Origin: Candidatus Algichlamydia australiensis
GTDB taxonomy: Bacteria > Chlamydiota > Chlamydiia > Chlamydiales > JAJFMI01
DNA length: 64,000 bases
Assembly (NCBI GenBank): GCA_033977065.1
Contig: JAXCHI010000002.1
Location: forward strand, 64,001-128,000
Direction of reading: 5' to 3'
The position numbers and the translations under genes were made by a program. Below, one piece after another: positions 30,836 to 39,699 of the stretch. Under the pieces are notes generated by a model. That model made no database searches, had not been told where the DNA came from, and saw nothing but the letters and a program-made list of their open reading frames with translations. Numbering within the stretch: position 1 is the first letter of the stretch; each line of letters begins with the position of its first letter.

Positions 30836-31594
30836 ATGGCGCGATTTTGTCCACTTGCTTCAGGCTCAAAAGGTAATCTTCTTTTTTTTGAAAGTGATGA
30901 TGCAAAAATATTAATAGACTGTGGTCTGAGCGGGAGGCAAACCGTCAAACTGCTTGCCGAAATTGGTGTCGATTTAAGCGAGATAGATGCGATTCTAATC
31001 ACGCATGAGCATATCGATCATATTCGAGGGATTGAACGCATTTGCAAAGAGTGGAATACTCCTCTTTTTGCCAACTCAGAGACCGCACGCGCGATTTGCT
31101 CAAATCTCTCATTTCGCCCCGCTTTTCAAATTTTTTCAACAGGCGAAACCTTCCACTTTAAAGACCTTGCGATCCACCCCTTTACGATTCATCACGACAC
31201 CTTAGACCCTGTTGCCTTTACAATTCAAATGAGGGATCAGAAAATTGGCATCTGTGCCGATCTTGGCTTTGCCACTACACTTGTTCGCGCGCAATTGCAA
31301 AATTGCAATCTGCTCTATATCGAATCGAATCACGATCCCGACATGGTACACGCCTCGCCACGCCCAATGAACTATAAGCAGCGTGTCTTAGGAAGACAGG
31401 GCCACCTCTCTAATCAGTCCTGCCAAGAGCTTTTAGCAGAAGTGCGTCACCCTAATCTCAAGCGTGTCTATCTCGCGCATCTATCGGAAGAGTGCAATCA
31501 TCCAGAAAAAGCGCTGCAAAGTGCATGCGCATCATACGATGGCGACTTGCTAATCGCCCACCAACGTCAAATCTCTGATCAATACGTTTTTTAG
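30836..31594 (+). CDS. MBL-fold metallo-hydrolase (YycJ/WalJ-like)
   Basis: LASGSKGN, IDCGLS, THEHIDHIRG, IESNHD, GHLSN and LAHLSEECN motifs. Confidence 0.9.
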   Translation: MARFCPLASGSKGNLLFFESDDAKILIDCGLSGRQTVKLLAEIGVDLSEIDAILITHEHIDHIRGIERICKEWNTPLFANSETARAICSNLSFRPAFQIFSTGETFHFKDLAIHPFTIHHDTLDPVAFTIQMRDQKIGICADLGFATTLVRAQLQNCNLLYIESNHDPDMVHASPRPMNYKQRVLGRQGHLSNQSCQELLAEVRHPNLKRVYLAHLSEECNHPEKALQSACASYDGDLLIAHQRQISDQYVF

Positions 31595-31602
31595 ATTAAA
31601 GT

Positions 31603-31652
31603 AACTCAAGTTGCTACCCCCTTCCCCCTCTGGAGAGTGCCTTTTCGCGATC
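31603..31652 (+). repeat. Truncated left arm of a family-C palindromic element
   Basis: AACTCAAGTTGCTACCCCTTCCCCCTCTGGAGAG...TTTTCGCGATC matches the element at 43788. Confidence 0.8.
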
Positions 31653-31679
31653 TACTTAAATATTAGGGTGATGAACTTT

Positions 31680-32200
31680 GTACTCTGTAGCAGAAAATTT
31701 TAGATAGTGTCGTCAAAAGCATACAACCATCTTATTTTTCATGTTTGGGCTCCATTTTTGTGCTCAAATGAAGCGGAATTTACAAATTCAGCTTCAATTT
31801 CCGCACAAAAATAAGCTGCAAACATGAAAAATAATCTGATTATAGCCTTTTGACGACACTATCTAGTATTATTTTTACATAAAAGCCTCGAGATTAAAGA
31901 AATTGTCTGATTATGCAAGGTTTTCTACAAAACAAAAAAACAGCCGCGCGAGCGACGTGAAAGGAGCCTCTCCTGAAACGAAGTGGAGGGAGGGGAATGA
32001 ACGCGCGGTGCGCTCGATGGCTTCAGATTGGCTTTGAAAAATTGCGGTGCAGGAGGAAGAAGTAGTGCTTTGCACGGTTTTCCGACGAAACGCAATTTGG
32101 CATGCCAAGATGAAGCTCAAAGGGCAGCGGGGATTTGCCCGACTGTCTCTATTGGCTGTTTTTTTTAAATTAAACACTAAGATTTTCTGTTACAGAGCAC
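31680..32200 (+). mobile_element. Family B long element (about 358 bp net) interrupted by a nested family-A element
   Basis: Ends GTACTCTGTAGCAGAAAATTT...ATTTTCTGTTACAGAGCAC; internal about 260 bp nearly identical to 46430-46690. Confidence 0.88.
31703..31863 (-). mobile_element. Family A element, copy 2 (inverted, nested in family B)
   Basis: Reverse complement of 16963-17123; TA duplicated at 31701-02 and 31864-65. Confidence 0.92.
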
Positions 32201-32206
32201 TAACTT

Positions 32207-33523
32207 TTAGAAGGGGAGCATGAGGCCATCGAAGGCCATGCGGACCTGTACGTCTAAGTGGCACTCATCTAAGATATCGCGCAGAAGTTGAATTTTTACT
32301 TGTAGGTCGCGATCCGAGTGCTGCGGATCGTGATGGGTGATGATCCAATTTTTGCAACCTGTAGCAGCGATAAGAGCTACAGCGTTGGAGATGGAAGAGT
32401 GTCCCCAACCGACGCGGCGGCGGTACTCTTCTGGAAAGTATTGCGCTTCATGAACGATGATATCACAATCGCGCAAGAAGGTGATAAGACGCTTGTGCGG
32501 CTCAAGCATTGGATGATTTTTACCAATATCTTTGGGGTGACCATGAAAACCCATGAGGACTTCGTTATCAGTGACATAGCCAATGGTGTGATGCGGGGAT
32601 TTGATCTTAAAGCAGAGGGTGTCACCAGGATGATAGGCGTAGTGCGTTTCTAGGGTAAGTTGCCCAATTTGAATCTGTTGGTTATCACGAATTTCTTTAA
32701 ATGTAAGGTCGGCCATCACATCATCAAGACGAACAGGAAAGAAGGCGTGAGCGAGCATTTCTGTAAAAATCGCTTTTGGACTGCGATCAAATCCTACAGG
32801 TGCATGCACATTGATTTTTGTCGTATTGCGGTAGATCGGCTGAAAGAAGGGAAAGCCAGTGATGTGATCCCAGTGCGTGTGCCCAATAAAAAGATTGAGC
32901 TCTCCGTTAAGTTGAATCTCTTCACCAAGAGGGCGGATACCGGTGCCTGCATCAATGATGAAGAGATCATCATTATAGCGCACCTCGAGACAACAAGTAT
33001 TGCCGCCGTAGCGGATGTATTTGGGGCCAGAGACGGGATTGGAGCCGCGTGTGCCCCAAAATTTTAAGTAGGTGGTACTGACTGTAGGAGTCGGGTGGTA
33101 GATCGCCTCCTCTTTGGTAATCTCAGGACCGACGTAGCTGCTGCTCTTTAAAGTTCCCTGGAAAAAAGCTTCTACTCTTCCAAAAAAATCTTCCGCAGAG
33201 AAAGGCTTTTGCAGATAGTCATCAGCGCCTCGCTCAAGAGCTGCGCGATGGTTTTGAATCATTGTCTGTGCCGAAGTAACAAAAACACCAAGCATTTTAT
33301 TGCGACCACCAAGCCGATCTAGTATTTCAATGGCGTGCATCTCTGGAAGCATGAGTTCAACAAGCAGAAGGTCGGGCTTAAATCTCTCTAAACGATCCAG
33401 GCATTCCGGACCACTTCGTGCCGTCTCAATTTCGTAATTTGCCGCCTTAGGATCGCGCAAGATCAGCTCAAGTGTCTTGGTGCAGGGGTCCGCGATGAGG
33501 ATATGGCGCTTTTTATTTTCCAC
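32207..33523 (-). CDS. Receiver domain fused to an MBL-fold hydrolase (possible cyclic-nucleotide phosphodiesterase)
   Basis: N-terminal REC fold (PDLLLVELMLPEM...GADDYLQKPFS), then FWGTRGS, YGGNTCC, IIDAGTG, HTHWDH, WGHSS and THHDP. Confidence 0.85.
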   Translation of the reverse strand: MENKKRHILIADPCTKTLELILRDPKAANYEIETARSGPECLDRLERFKPDLLLVELMLPEMHAIEILDRLGGRNKMLGVFVTSAQTMIQNHRAALERGADDYLQKPFSAEDFFGRVEAFFQGTLKSSSYVGPEITKEEAIYHPTPTVSTTYLKFWGTRGSNPVSGPKYIRYGGNTCCLEVRYNDDLFIIDAGTGIRPLGEEIQLNGELNLFIGHTHWDHITGFPFFQPIYRNTTKINVHAPVGFDRSPKAIFTEMLAHAFFPVRLDDVMADLTFKEIRDNQQIQIGQLTLETHYAYHPGDTLCFKIKSPHHTIGYVTDNEVLMGFHGHPKDIGKNHPMLEPHKRLITFLRDCDIIVHEAQYFPEEYRRRVGWGHSSISNAVALIAATGCKNWIITHHDPQHSDRDLQVKIQLLRDILDECHLDVQVRMAFDGLMLPF

Positions 33524-33558
33524 ACCCTCAAATTAAATATTTGTCATTGAGAAGTCAA

Positions 33559-35445
33559 TTAGCTTTTATCAGCTTTATAGTCTACAAGCTTTCCATGTTT
33601 ATAAAGGTAGGTCTCTACTATCTCTTTAAGATAGCATATAGGATAAGAGCTGGTGCTTTTCTGTAGGCCAAGAAAAAGTGTGGTTGTCACTTTTACTTCA
33701 AAGCTATTAGAATCTTCCTTTTCAACAACATCCATTTGAAATTTAGGAGCAACATTAAAATAATAGCCTTTGCTACTCATATCTTTATTACCCTCTTCTG
33801 TAGATAAGGTATCAAGTCCCATTACCATGGCACTTCCTATAATATTTTCATTACAGCCTCTATATCCATGCTGATTTAGAATTGTTTCTAGAAATTCAGT
33901 TTTCTTTTTAGAAAAGAGTTGAGAAATTGTATCGTGCTCGATAAATAGTTTGCTACCGAAGCGGCCTAAATTTAGAAAATTTTTCTCTCTTAAGGCAATA
34001 AAGCAAGGATTTCGCATGTTATCAACAGCAAAACTTTGCACGATTTCGGGATCAGTTCTTTTAGCTTTGTAGCGATCTTCTATATTCTTATTTTTTGTTT
34101 CTATTGATACTTTTTTCGTCTTATCTTGGTTCGCAGTAGATATTTGTTTATTTATTGCGTGATCTAATTTTTTACAAAATGTTTCCCCTTTTTCAGCAAG
34201 AGTTTCTCTTTCCTTCCAATCAAAGGGAAGAGACTCGGGAATGCTTCTAGAAATAATCTCCTTCCTGTTTTTTGAAATCTGGAAGTTTTTTTGAAACACA
34301 AAAGCCTTCTGTATTTCTGCTTGTCGGTATTCATCATGAATTGCATCAATCTGCTTTTGTGTAACTCTAGCTCCTGCAGAGACAAGTTGTGCTGCGATTG
34401 TATAACAATTTTTGCTTAGTGCTAGCTCTAATGGGGAGAGTTGCACGGCAGTCTCGTGGGCAGAGTCATCTGCTAAAAGTTCATCAGGCTCTCTCTCTTC
34501 TGGAGTTTCTGTTTTTTCAGGTTGATAGGCGCCGTGTTGTAGGAGAAGATAGACGATATTGATATCGCCGGTTGCTATGGCAAAGTGAAGAGGTGTCCAA
34601 CCGAAAGGGGGCAATTTTTTATAAAGGTCAGCACGTTGGTAGATCGCTTCACGAACTTTTATAAAATTGCTTGTGAAAATCCCTTCGCGCAATTTGGCGT
34701 CGGGGTTTTCACCAATTGCTCTTGGGGAGATAGTAGGAAAATCTTTCATCGAAAGAGGTTGCTCAAGTTCAGGGCTTACTGCAGTTAGGGTCTCATAGAT
34801 ATCAGCAAGAGGAAAAGTTTGTCCTGTGATTCGCTCATAAACCGAAGCGGCAAGAAGTTTTTTATCAGCACTCCAACTGGCATTTATAATTTTTGTTAAG
34901 TTTGTATCTTTATTTTCTTTAAATCCGCTGATGAGCTTCTGGTAATTTTTCATCAAAGGGTGCGTGTATTCGCTTTCATGCTGTTTAAAAAAGAGTAGAT
35001 GATCAAGTAGCTCGAAGTAGGAAAAGGTATCTTTTGTCCTTTGAAATTTTTCTATGACTCGGTTAGTTGCTTTAACTCTTCTTGGGCCTTCAGGACTCTT
35101 TTTTTCAACTGCCTCTTTGGGAGTCTCTTCTTGCTTGTTAAATATGCTGCGAAAATGGGGATGAGTCTCCAGGACTTTTTGGGCTTTTTCTATTGTTTTT
35201 GTATCAGCAGGCTCTTCACTCACATGGGTTTCTGCAAATTGCTCCGCTTTTTTGATAAGGAACTCTTTCTTTTTTGCGAACTGCGCTTTGCTCAAGCTTG
35301 TTCGCGCTTTTTCATAAATAGCTTGTGTGGTCTTCTCATATTGAAGAAATTCTCCTGAATCAGTAATTTCACCGGAGAGAAAAGGGATCGCATCAGGTGT
35401 GAGTTGTGCTACTAATTGAGCAAAGGTATTCTTATCAATAACCAT
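33559..35445 (-). CDS. Ankyrin-repeat-containing hypothetical protein (candidate effector)
   Basis: GWTPLHFAIATGDINIVYLLLQHGA and SPLELALSKNCYTIAAQLVSAGA; AT-rich. Confidence 0.78.
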   Translation of the reverse strand: MVIDKNTFAQLVAQLTPDAIPFLSGEITDSGEFLQYEKTTQAIYEKARTSLSKAQFAKKKEFLIKKAEQFAETHVSEEPADTKTIEKAQKVLETHPHFRSIFNKQEETPKEAVEKKSPEGPRRVKATNRVIEKFQRTKDTFSYFELLDHLLFFKQHESEYTHPLMKNYQKLISGFKENKDTNLTKIINASWSADKKLLAASVYERITGQTFPLADIYETLTAVSPELEQPLSMKDFPTISPRAIGENPDAKLREGIFTSNFIKVREAIYQRADLYKKLPPFGWTPLHFAIATGDINIVYLLLQHGAYQPEKTETPEEREPDELLADDSAHETAVQLSPLELALSKNCYTIAAQLVSAGARVTQKQIDAIHDEYRQAEIQKAFVFQKNFQISKNRKEIISRSIPESLPFDWKERETLAEKGETFCKKLDHAINKQISTANQDKTKKVSIETKNKNIEDRYKAKRTDPEIVQSFAVDNMRNPCFIALREKNFLNLGRFGSKLFIEHDTISQLFSKKKTEFLETILNQHGYRGCNENIIGSAMVMGLDTLSTEEGNKDMSSKGYYFNVAPKFQMDVVEKEDSNSFEVKVTTTLFLGLQKSTSSYPICYLKEIVETYLYKHGKLVDYKADKS

Positions 35446-35500
35446 ATAATTAATTTTAGCATAAAATTAATTATAATTTAAATTTGATAAATAACTGTTA

Positions 35501-37798
35501 TTAAAGGAGTTCGGTAGAATCTACTAAGACTTTTCGAGGTCTTGAGCCCTCTTGGGGACCAATAATGCCACGACTCTCTAGCTCATCCATAAGAGAGGCG
35601 GCTCTTGCATAGCCAATTTTAAGCTTACGCTGGAGGAAGGTGGTCGAGGCAGTTTTGCTCTGCAGAACGATGGTTAGAGCAGAATCAAAGAGTTCGTCAC
35701 GAGGCTCTTCGGACTCTCCTCCCATGCTGGAGAGATCCTCACGGCTCATATTATCAAAGGATTTAATGAGATAGTTAGGACCTGCTTGGTCTGCGATGTA
35801 GGAGATCACGCGATTGATATCTTCATCGCGGATGTAGGCGCCCTGAGCGCGGATCAGTTGGGATGTACCGGGAGGAAGAAAGAGGGCATCTCCATTTCCA
35901 AGTAGGCTCTCTGCTCCGTTCTCATCCAAAATAATTTGGCTATTCACGCGGCTGGCTACTTTAAATGCGATGCGCGTAGGGAAGTTTGCTTTGATGATTC
36001 CTGTGATCACTTCACGAGAGGGGCGCTGGGTGGCAAGAATCAGGTGGATACCCACAGCGCGGGCCATCTGGGCAATGCGAGCAATGGGGGTCTCTAAGTC
36101 AGAACTTGATGTCATCATCAGGTCTGCAAATTCATCGATAATGCAGACGATCATCGCCATTTTCTTGGGGACTTCAAAGGTAAGAGACTCTTCTAATTCG
36201 CGATTGGGTTTGCGATTGTTAAATGCGGTGATATTGCGTAGTCCCAACTGTTTTAAAATTTCGTAGCGATGCTGCATCTCTTTGACAAGCCAGCTCAAAG
36301 AAGCGTAAGCTCCGTGTGCTTCTGTGATGACAGGGGCAATCATATGAGGAAGCTTGGAGTAGGGAGTGAGCTCGACTTTTTTAGGATCAATTAAAATCAA
36401 TTTGATTTCATCGGGGCGTGCATTCATGAGAATGGACATGATGAGCGTATTGATACAAACTGATTTTCCAGATCCTGTCGCACCAGCAATAATCGCATGG
36501 GGCCATTTTGCCAACTCACAGGTAACATCTTCTCCACTAACAGTTTTTCCAAGAAGGATGGGAATATGAAACTTGCGTGAATTTTTCTTATAGGTGGCGA
36601 GCATCTCTTTGAATCCGACTTCTTGTGGATGCAGAGAGGGAATTTCAACCCCAACAGCTGCTTTTCCAGGAATCGGGGCAATAATGCGAATGGAGGGAGC
36701 CTCCATATTCAGCGCTAAATCATTCTCTAAAGCCTTGATTTTTTGAACCTTTACGCCAACAGCGGGATGAACCTCAAAAGAGGTAATTGTTGGACCACAG
36801 TTGACCTCTCCCACCTTTGCTTCGATCCCAAAGCTCTCTAAAGTCTCTTCTAAAACTTGTGCTTGGCGTTGTAGATCTTTTTTTAGGGTAGGCTGGTCGA
36901 TTTTTTTTGCGTTGGTTAGCAGGGTAAGGGGCGGGAGTCTGTAGGAGTTGTATTCACCCTTATACCGTTTTTTTTCAACGGTCGGTTTCTCCATTTTGGG
37001 CTTCGGTTTGGTCGATTCAATGAGCTCAGGAAGAGGATCTTTTGTAACGAATTCCTCTTGAACTGGGGGCTCCTCTTGTACTTGTGGAAGAGTTTTAGGG
37101 GGTTCAAATTGGGGTTTGAATTTTTTTGAAGAGGGCTCGCGCTTCGGTCGCTTCACTCTATCTGGCTCTAAATCGGGAAGACGGAAAGATTGAGCGAGTT
37201 TGCGGAAAAAATAGAAGGAAGCGAGTGCGGCGCGTTTAGCAATATCTCCAATATCGCGCAGTTGTAGATTGAACAGCAGAAGTGTGGAGAGGGCAGCGCT
37301 CATTGAGAAGAGGAAGAAGATGCCAATATTACTTAGAATCGCCTGCAAATTATAGCGAGGAAGGTCGGTGTAAAGATAGTAGAAGGGAATGCCACCGAGG
37401 TAGTAACGTGTCTGCTTGTGAAAAAGGTTTAGTGTAAACTCTCTTGTCACAACGCGATCGCGGAAAAAAGAGTATTCCAGCCCCTGTGTTTCAGCAAAGA
37501 GGTTGGCAAGCAGGCAGATCGAAAGAAGAATAAGAGAGCTGTAAAGAATTTTAAAAAGAGGTCTTTCGATTTTTTGACGCAAAAGAATTTTGACTCCCCA
37601 ATAGAAGCCGAAGCTAAGGATAAGATAGGAGCCGATGCCAAAGAGAAATGTTTGCAGGTAGCCGAGGTAGTAGCCAAAAAGGCCTAGCCAGTTCACTTCG
37701 GGGTGCTGGTAGAAAAAACTCATTTGCGAGAGCAGAAGAGTTGTAAATCCTCCTAAGACGAGGAGGCCCTTAATTTCTGGGTTTTTTGGCTTACTCAT
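35501..37798 (-). CDS. ftsK: DNA translocase FtsK
   Basis: N-terminal TMs, IAGATGSGKS, IIDEFADLM, HLILATQRPS and gamma domain LQRKLKIGYARAA. Confidence 0.96.
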   Translation of the reverse strand: MSKPKNPEIKGLLVLGGFTTLLLSQMSFFYQHPEVNWLGLFGYYLGYLQTFLFGIGSYLILSFGFYWGVKILLRQKIERPLFKILYSSLILLSICLLANLFAETQGLEYSFFRDRVVTREFTLNLFHKQTRYYLGGIPFYYLYTDLPRYNLQAILSNIGIFFLFSMSAALSTLLLFNLQLRDIGDIAKRAALASFYFFRKLAQSFRLPDLEPDRVKRPKREPSSKKFKPQFEPPKTLPQVQEEPPVQEEFVTKDPLPELIESTKPKPKMEKPTVEKKRYKGEYNSYRLPPLTLLTNAKKIDQPTLKKDLQRQAQVLEETLESFGIEAKVGEVNCGPTITSFEVHPAVGVKVQKIKALENDLALNMEAPSIRIIAPIPGKAAVGVEIPSLHPQEVGFKEMLATYKKNSRKFHIPILLGKTVSGEDVTCELAKWPHAIIAGATGSGKSVCINTLIMSILMNARPDEIKLILIDPKKVELTPYSKLPHMIAPVITEAHGAYASLSWLVKEMQHRYEILKQLGLRNITAFNNRKPNRELEESLTFEVPKKMAMIVCIIDEFADLMMTSSSDLETPIARIAQMARAVGIHLILATQRPSREVITGIIKANFPTRIAFKVASRVNSQIILDENGAESLLGNGDALFLPPGTSQLIRAQGAYIRDEDINRVISYIADQAGPNYLIKSFDNMSREDLSSMGGESEEPRDELFDSALTIVLQSKTASTTFLQRKLKIGYARAASLMDELESRGIIGPQEGSRPRKVLVDSTELL

Positions 37799-37838
37799 AG
37801 CCTTACAGATAGCAGAATAGACATTTCAAAAAAAGGTG

Positions 37839-37913
37839 GGCGACCGACGGGACTTGAACCCGCGACCCCTGGAATCACAATCCAGTGCTCTAACCAGCTG
37901 AGCTACGGTCGCC
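37839..37913 (-). tRNA. tRNA-His (GTG), G-1 encoded, CCA not encoded
   Basis: GGCGACCGTAGCTCAGCTGGTTAGAGCACTGGATTGTGATTCCAGGGGTCGCGGGTTCAAGTCCCGTCGGTCGCC folds as a cloverleaf. Confidence 0.95.
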
Positions 37914-39306
37914 AGAGGCCCCATTTTCGCCTAAAACTCCCTATAAAGTCAACTCTTACTAGTGTGAAGAGAGTGAGAAGGAGAATAACGACTTCAAGAG
38001 TCAAAAAAGGAGTATGAAGAGTAAAGTCTAATTTCTTTGGGGGATGCTGGGTAAAGACAAGAAGGTTTTTAGCTACGAATTCGACAAGAGGAAAGAGAAA
38101 GGGGCAGAGAAATGAAGAGAGCAGAAGGAAGAGAAGTAGAGCTACACCAAGAGGAAAAAAGAAATTATAAAAAAGACTTAATAGGGGAAATTTTCCAAAA
38201 ACCAGAAGGGTCAAGGGAAGTGTTATGAGAGTTGCTGAAAGAGTGAGGGTGATAGCAAGGCGGAAAAAAGTAACAAGGAGGTAGCCATGTTTATCGGCTA
38301 GACTTAGTGCAAGGGCCTCCTCTTTGGTACGGATATGGAGTACATGTCCTACGAGTTTGCAGAGCGGTTCATACAGAGCTAAGATCCCATAAGTTGCAAG
38401 GTAGCTAAGCTGAAAACCCAAATTTGTTAGGGCAAGAGGATGGAGCAAAAGAGCGATAATAGCGGCAAGGGCAAGAGCGTTTAGTGGTGGCATTTTTAAA
38501 TCAAAAAATTGCCCGATCATAGGAAGCAAAATTGTAATTCCTGCACGCATTACAGAAGCGGTCGGCCCCATGTAGAGGTAAAATAGGCAGAGGAGCATTA
38601 GTAGAAAAGAGCCAGCTATTTTTTTGGGTAGTAATCGTATAAATATTTTTCCGATGAAAAGCGCGAGCAGAGAGAAATGAAAACCAGAAATCGCAAGAAG
38701 ATGCATAAGTCCCAAGCGCCCAAAGTCGTAAGCAAGAGATTTTTCCATTAGCTCACCTGTTGCAAGTGCTGCTACTAATTGAAATGCTTGCTTGTCGCGA
38801 ATTTTTTTTCTTAAATAAGCACGGACCCATTTTTTTGCTAAAAAGCGCTTTTCAGCCATTCGAAAAGTTCCTGGTACAGCCCTCCATTTTTTCACTTTGA
38901 AATTTGATTGAAAGCGATCCCGAATCTTTTGCTCTCCTTCCACTATGTAGTCCTGATTCATCAAAATTTTCCTCCCGTTATAAGGGAGATAAATTGAGCA
39001 AGGAAAAGACCCTTCTTCTGTAGTGAGAGATCCTGCAGCAAGAGCGTACATGCCAAAAGGGGAACGACCCGCTTTCATAAGCTTTGGGCGAAAGTAGCCA
39101 GTTTTTGCTTCTACAGTTGGAGGGAGATGAAAAACAGCAAAAAAGTAACTTGCCACTGAAACAATTAGAAGTAGAAGCGCACGCGGCCGCTCTTGCCAAA
39201 AGAGGAGGATAAAAGCGGGAAGCAAGATCCAAGGCCGCTCTAAAAAAGCGGTTCCCATTCCTAAAACAAGTGCAAAAGCGTAAGGGAGTGCGGGTGCCAC
39301 GCACAA
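37903..39306 (-). CDS. comEC: ComEC/Rec2 family competence membrane protein (no C-terminal MBL domain)
   Basis: GLMHLLAISGFHF, SVMRAG and GFQLSYLATYGI motifs. Start uncertain. Confidence 0.85.
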   Translation of the reverse strand: MCVAPALPYAFALVLGMGTAFLERPWILLPAFILLFWQERPRALLLLIVSVASYFFAVFHLPPTVEAKTGYFRPKLMKAGRSPFGMYALAAGSLTTEEGSFPCSIYLPYNGRKILMNQDYIVEGEQKIRDRFQSNFKVKKWRAVPGTFRMAEKRFLAKKWVRAYLRKKIRDKQAFQLVAALATGELMEKSLAYDFGRLGLMHLLAISGFHFSLLALFIGKIFIRLLPKKIAGSFLLMLLCLFYLYMGPTASVMRAGITILLPMIGQFFDLKMPPLNALALAAIIALLLHPLALTNLGFQLSYLATYGILALYEPLCKLVGHVLHIRTKEEALALSLADKHGYLLVTFFRLAITLTLSATLITLPLTLLVFGKFPLLSLFYNFFFPLGVALLLFLLLSSFLCPFLFPLVEFVAKNLLVFTQHPPKKLDFTLHTPFLTLEVVILLLTLFTLVRVDFIGSFRRKWGLWRP

Positions 39307-39340
39307 TGATAAATCTATTTTTGTTTTTAATTCAAAGTCG

Positions 39341-39660
39341 TTATCTACCGCGATGTTTTTTCTTTTCCAACTCTTCGCGCATATAATCTTGAGATAACGT
39401 AGAAGCTTTGCTTATTTCTTTGAGTTTTTCACTTCACGGTGCACTTCTTTTTGAACTTTTTTGGAATTCATTCCTTTGATCTGAAGAGTGAATTTCTTTG
39501 GTGCCTCAAAATTCAATTCTTGATAGTGTTTGAGCACAAATTCATAAATTTCTGGATCAGTGGGCTCAGCTCCAAAAATATGTCTTGCAACAGCGTAACC
39601 CTCTTTATCTGTGCGCTCAAAGGTTCCTACCCAAAAAGATTTCTCATAAGATAGCATTTT
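39341..39660 (-). pseudogene. Frameshifted YjdF/DUF2992 family remnant
   Basis: FWVGTFER...ARHIFGAEPTDPEIYEF...SKKVQKEVHREV; continues in another frame as KLKEISKASTLSQDYMREELEKKK after an A-run. The N-terminus is eroded. Confidence 0.7.
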
Positions 39661-39699
39661 TGCTATTTCGTGAGAAATAATTGTATAAGTTGTTGGCAA

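Noticed and set aside
31911..32177. 88-aa ORF and its 97-aa counterpart at 46318-46611 as a transposase or real gene
   Set aside because: They lie wholly inside the repeat cargo, their starts and ends differ between copies because of T/A-run length changes, and they show no recognisable motifs.
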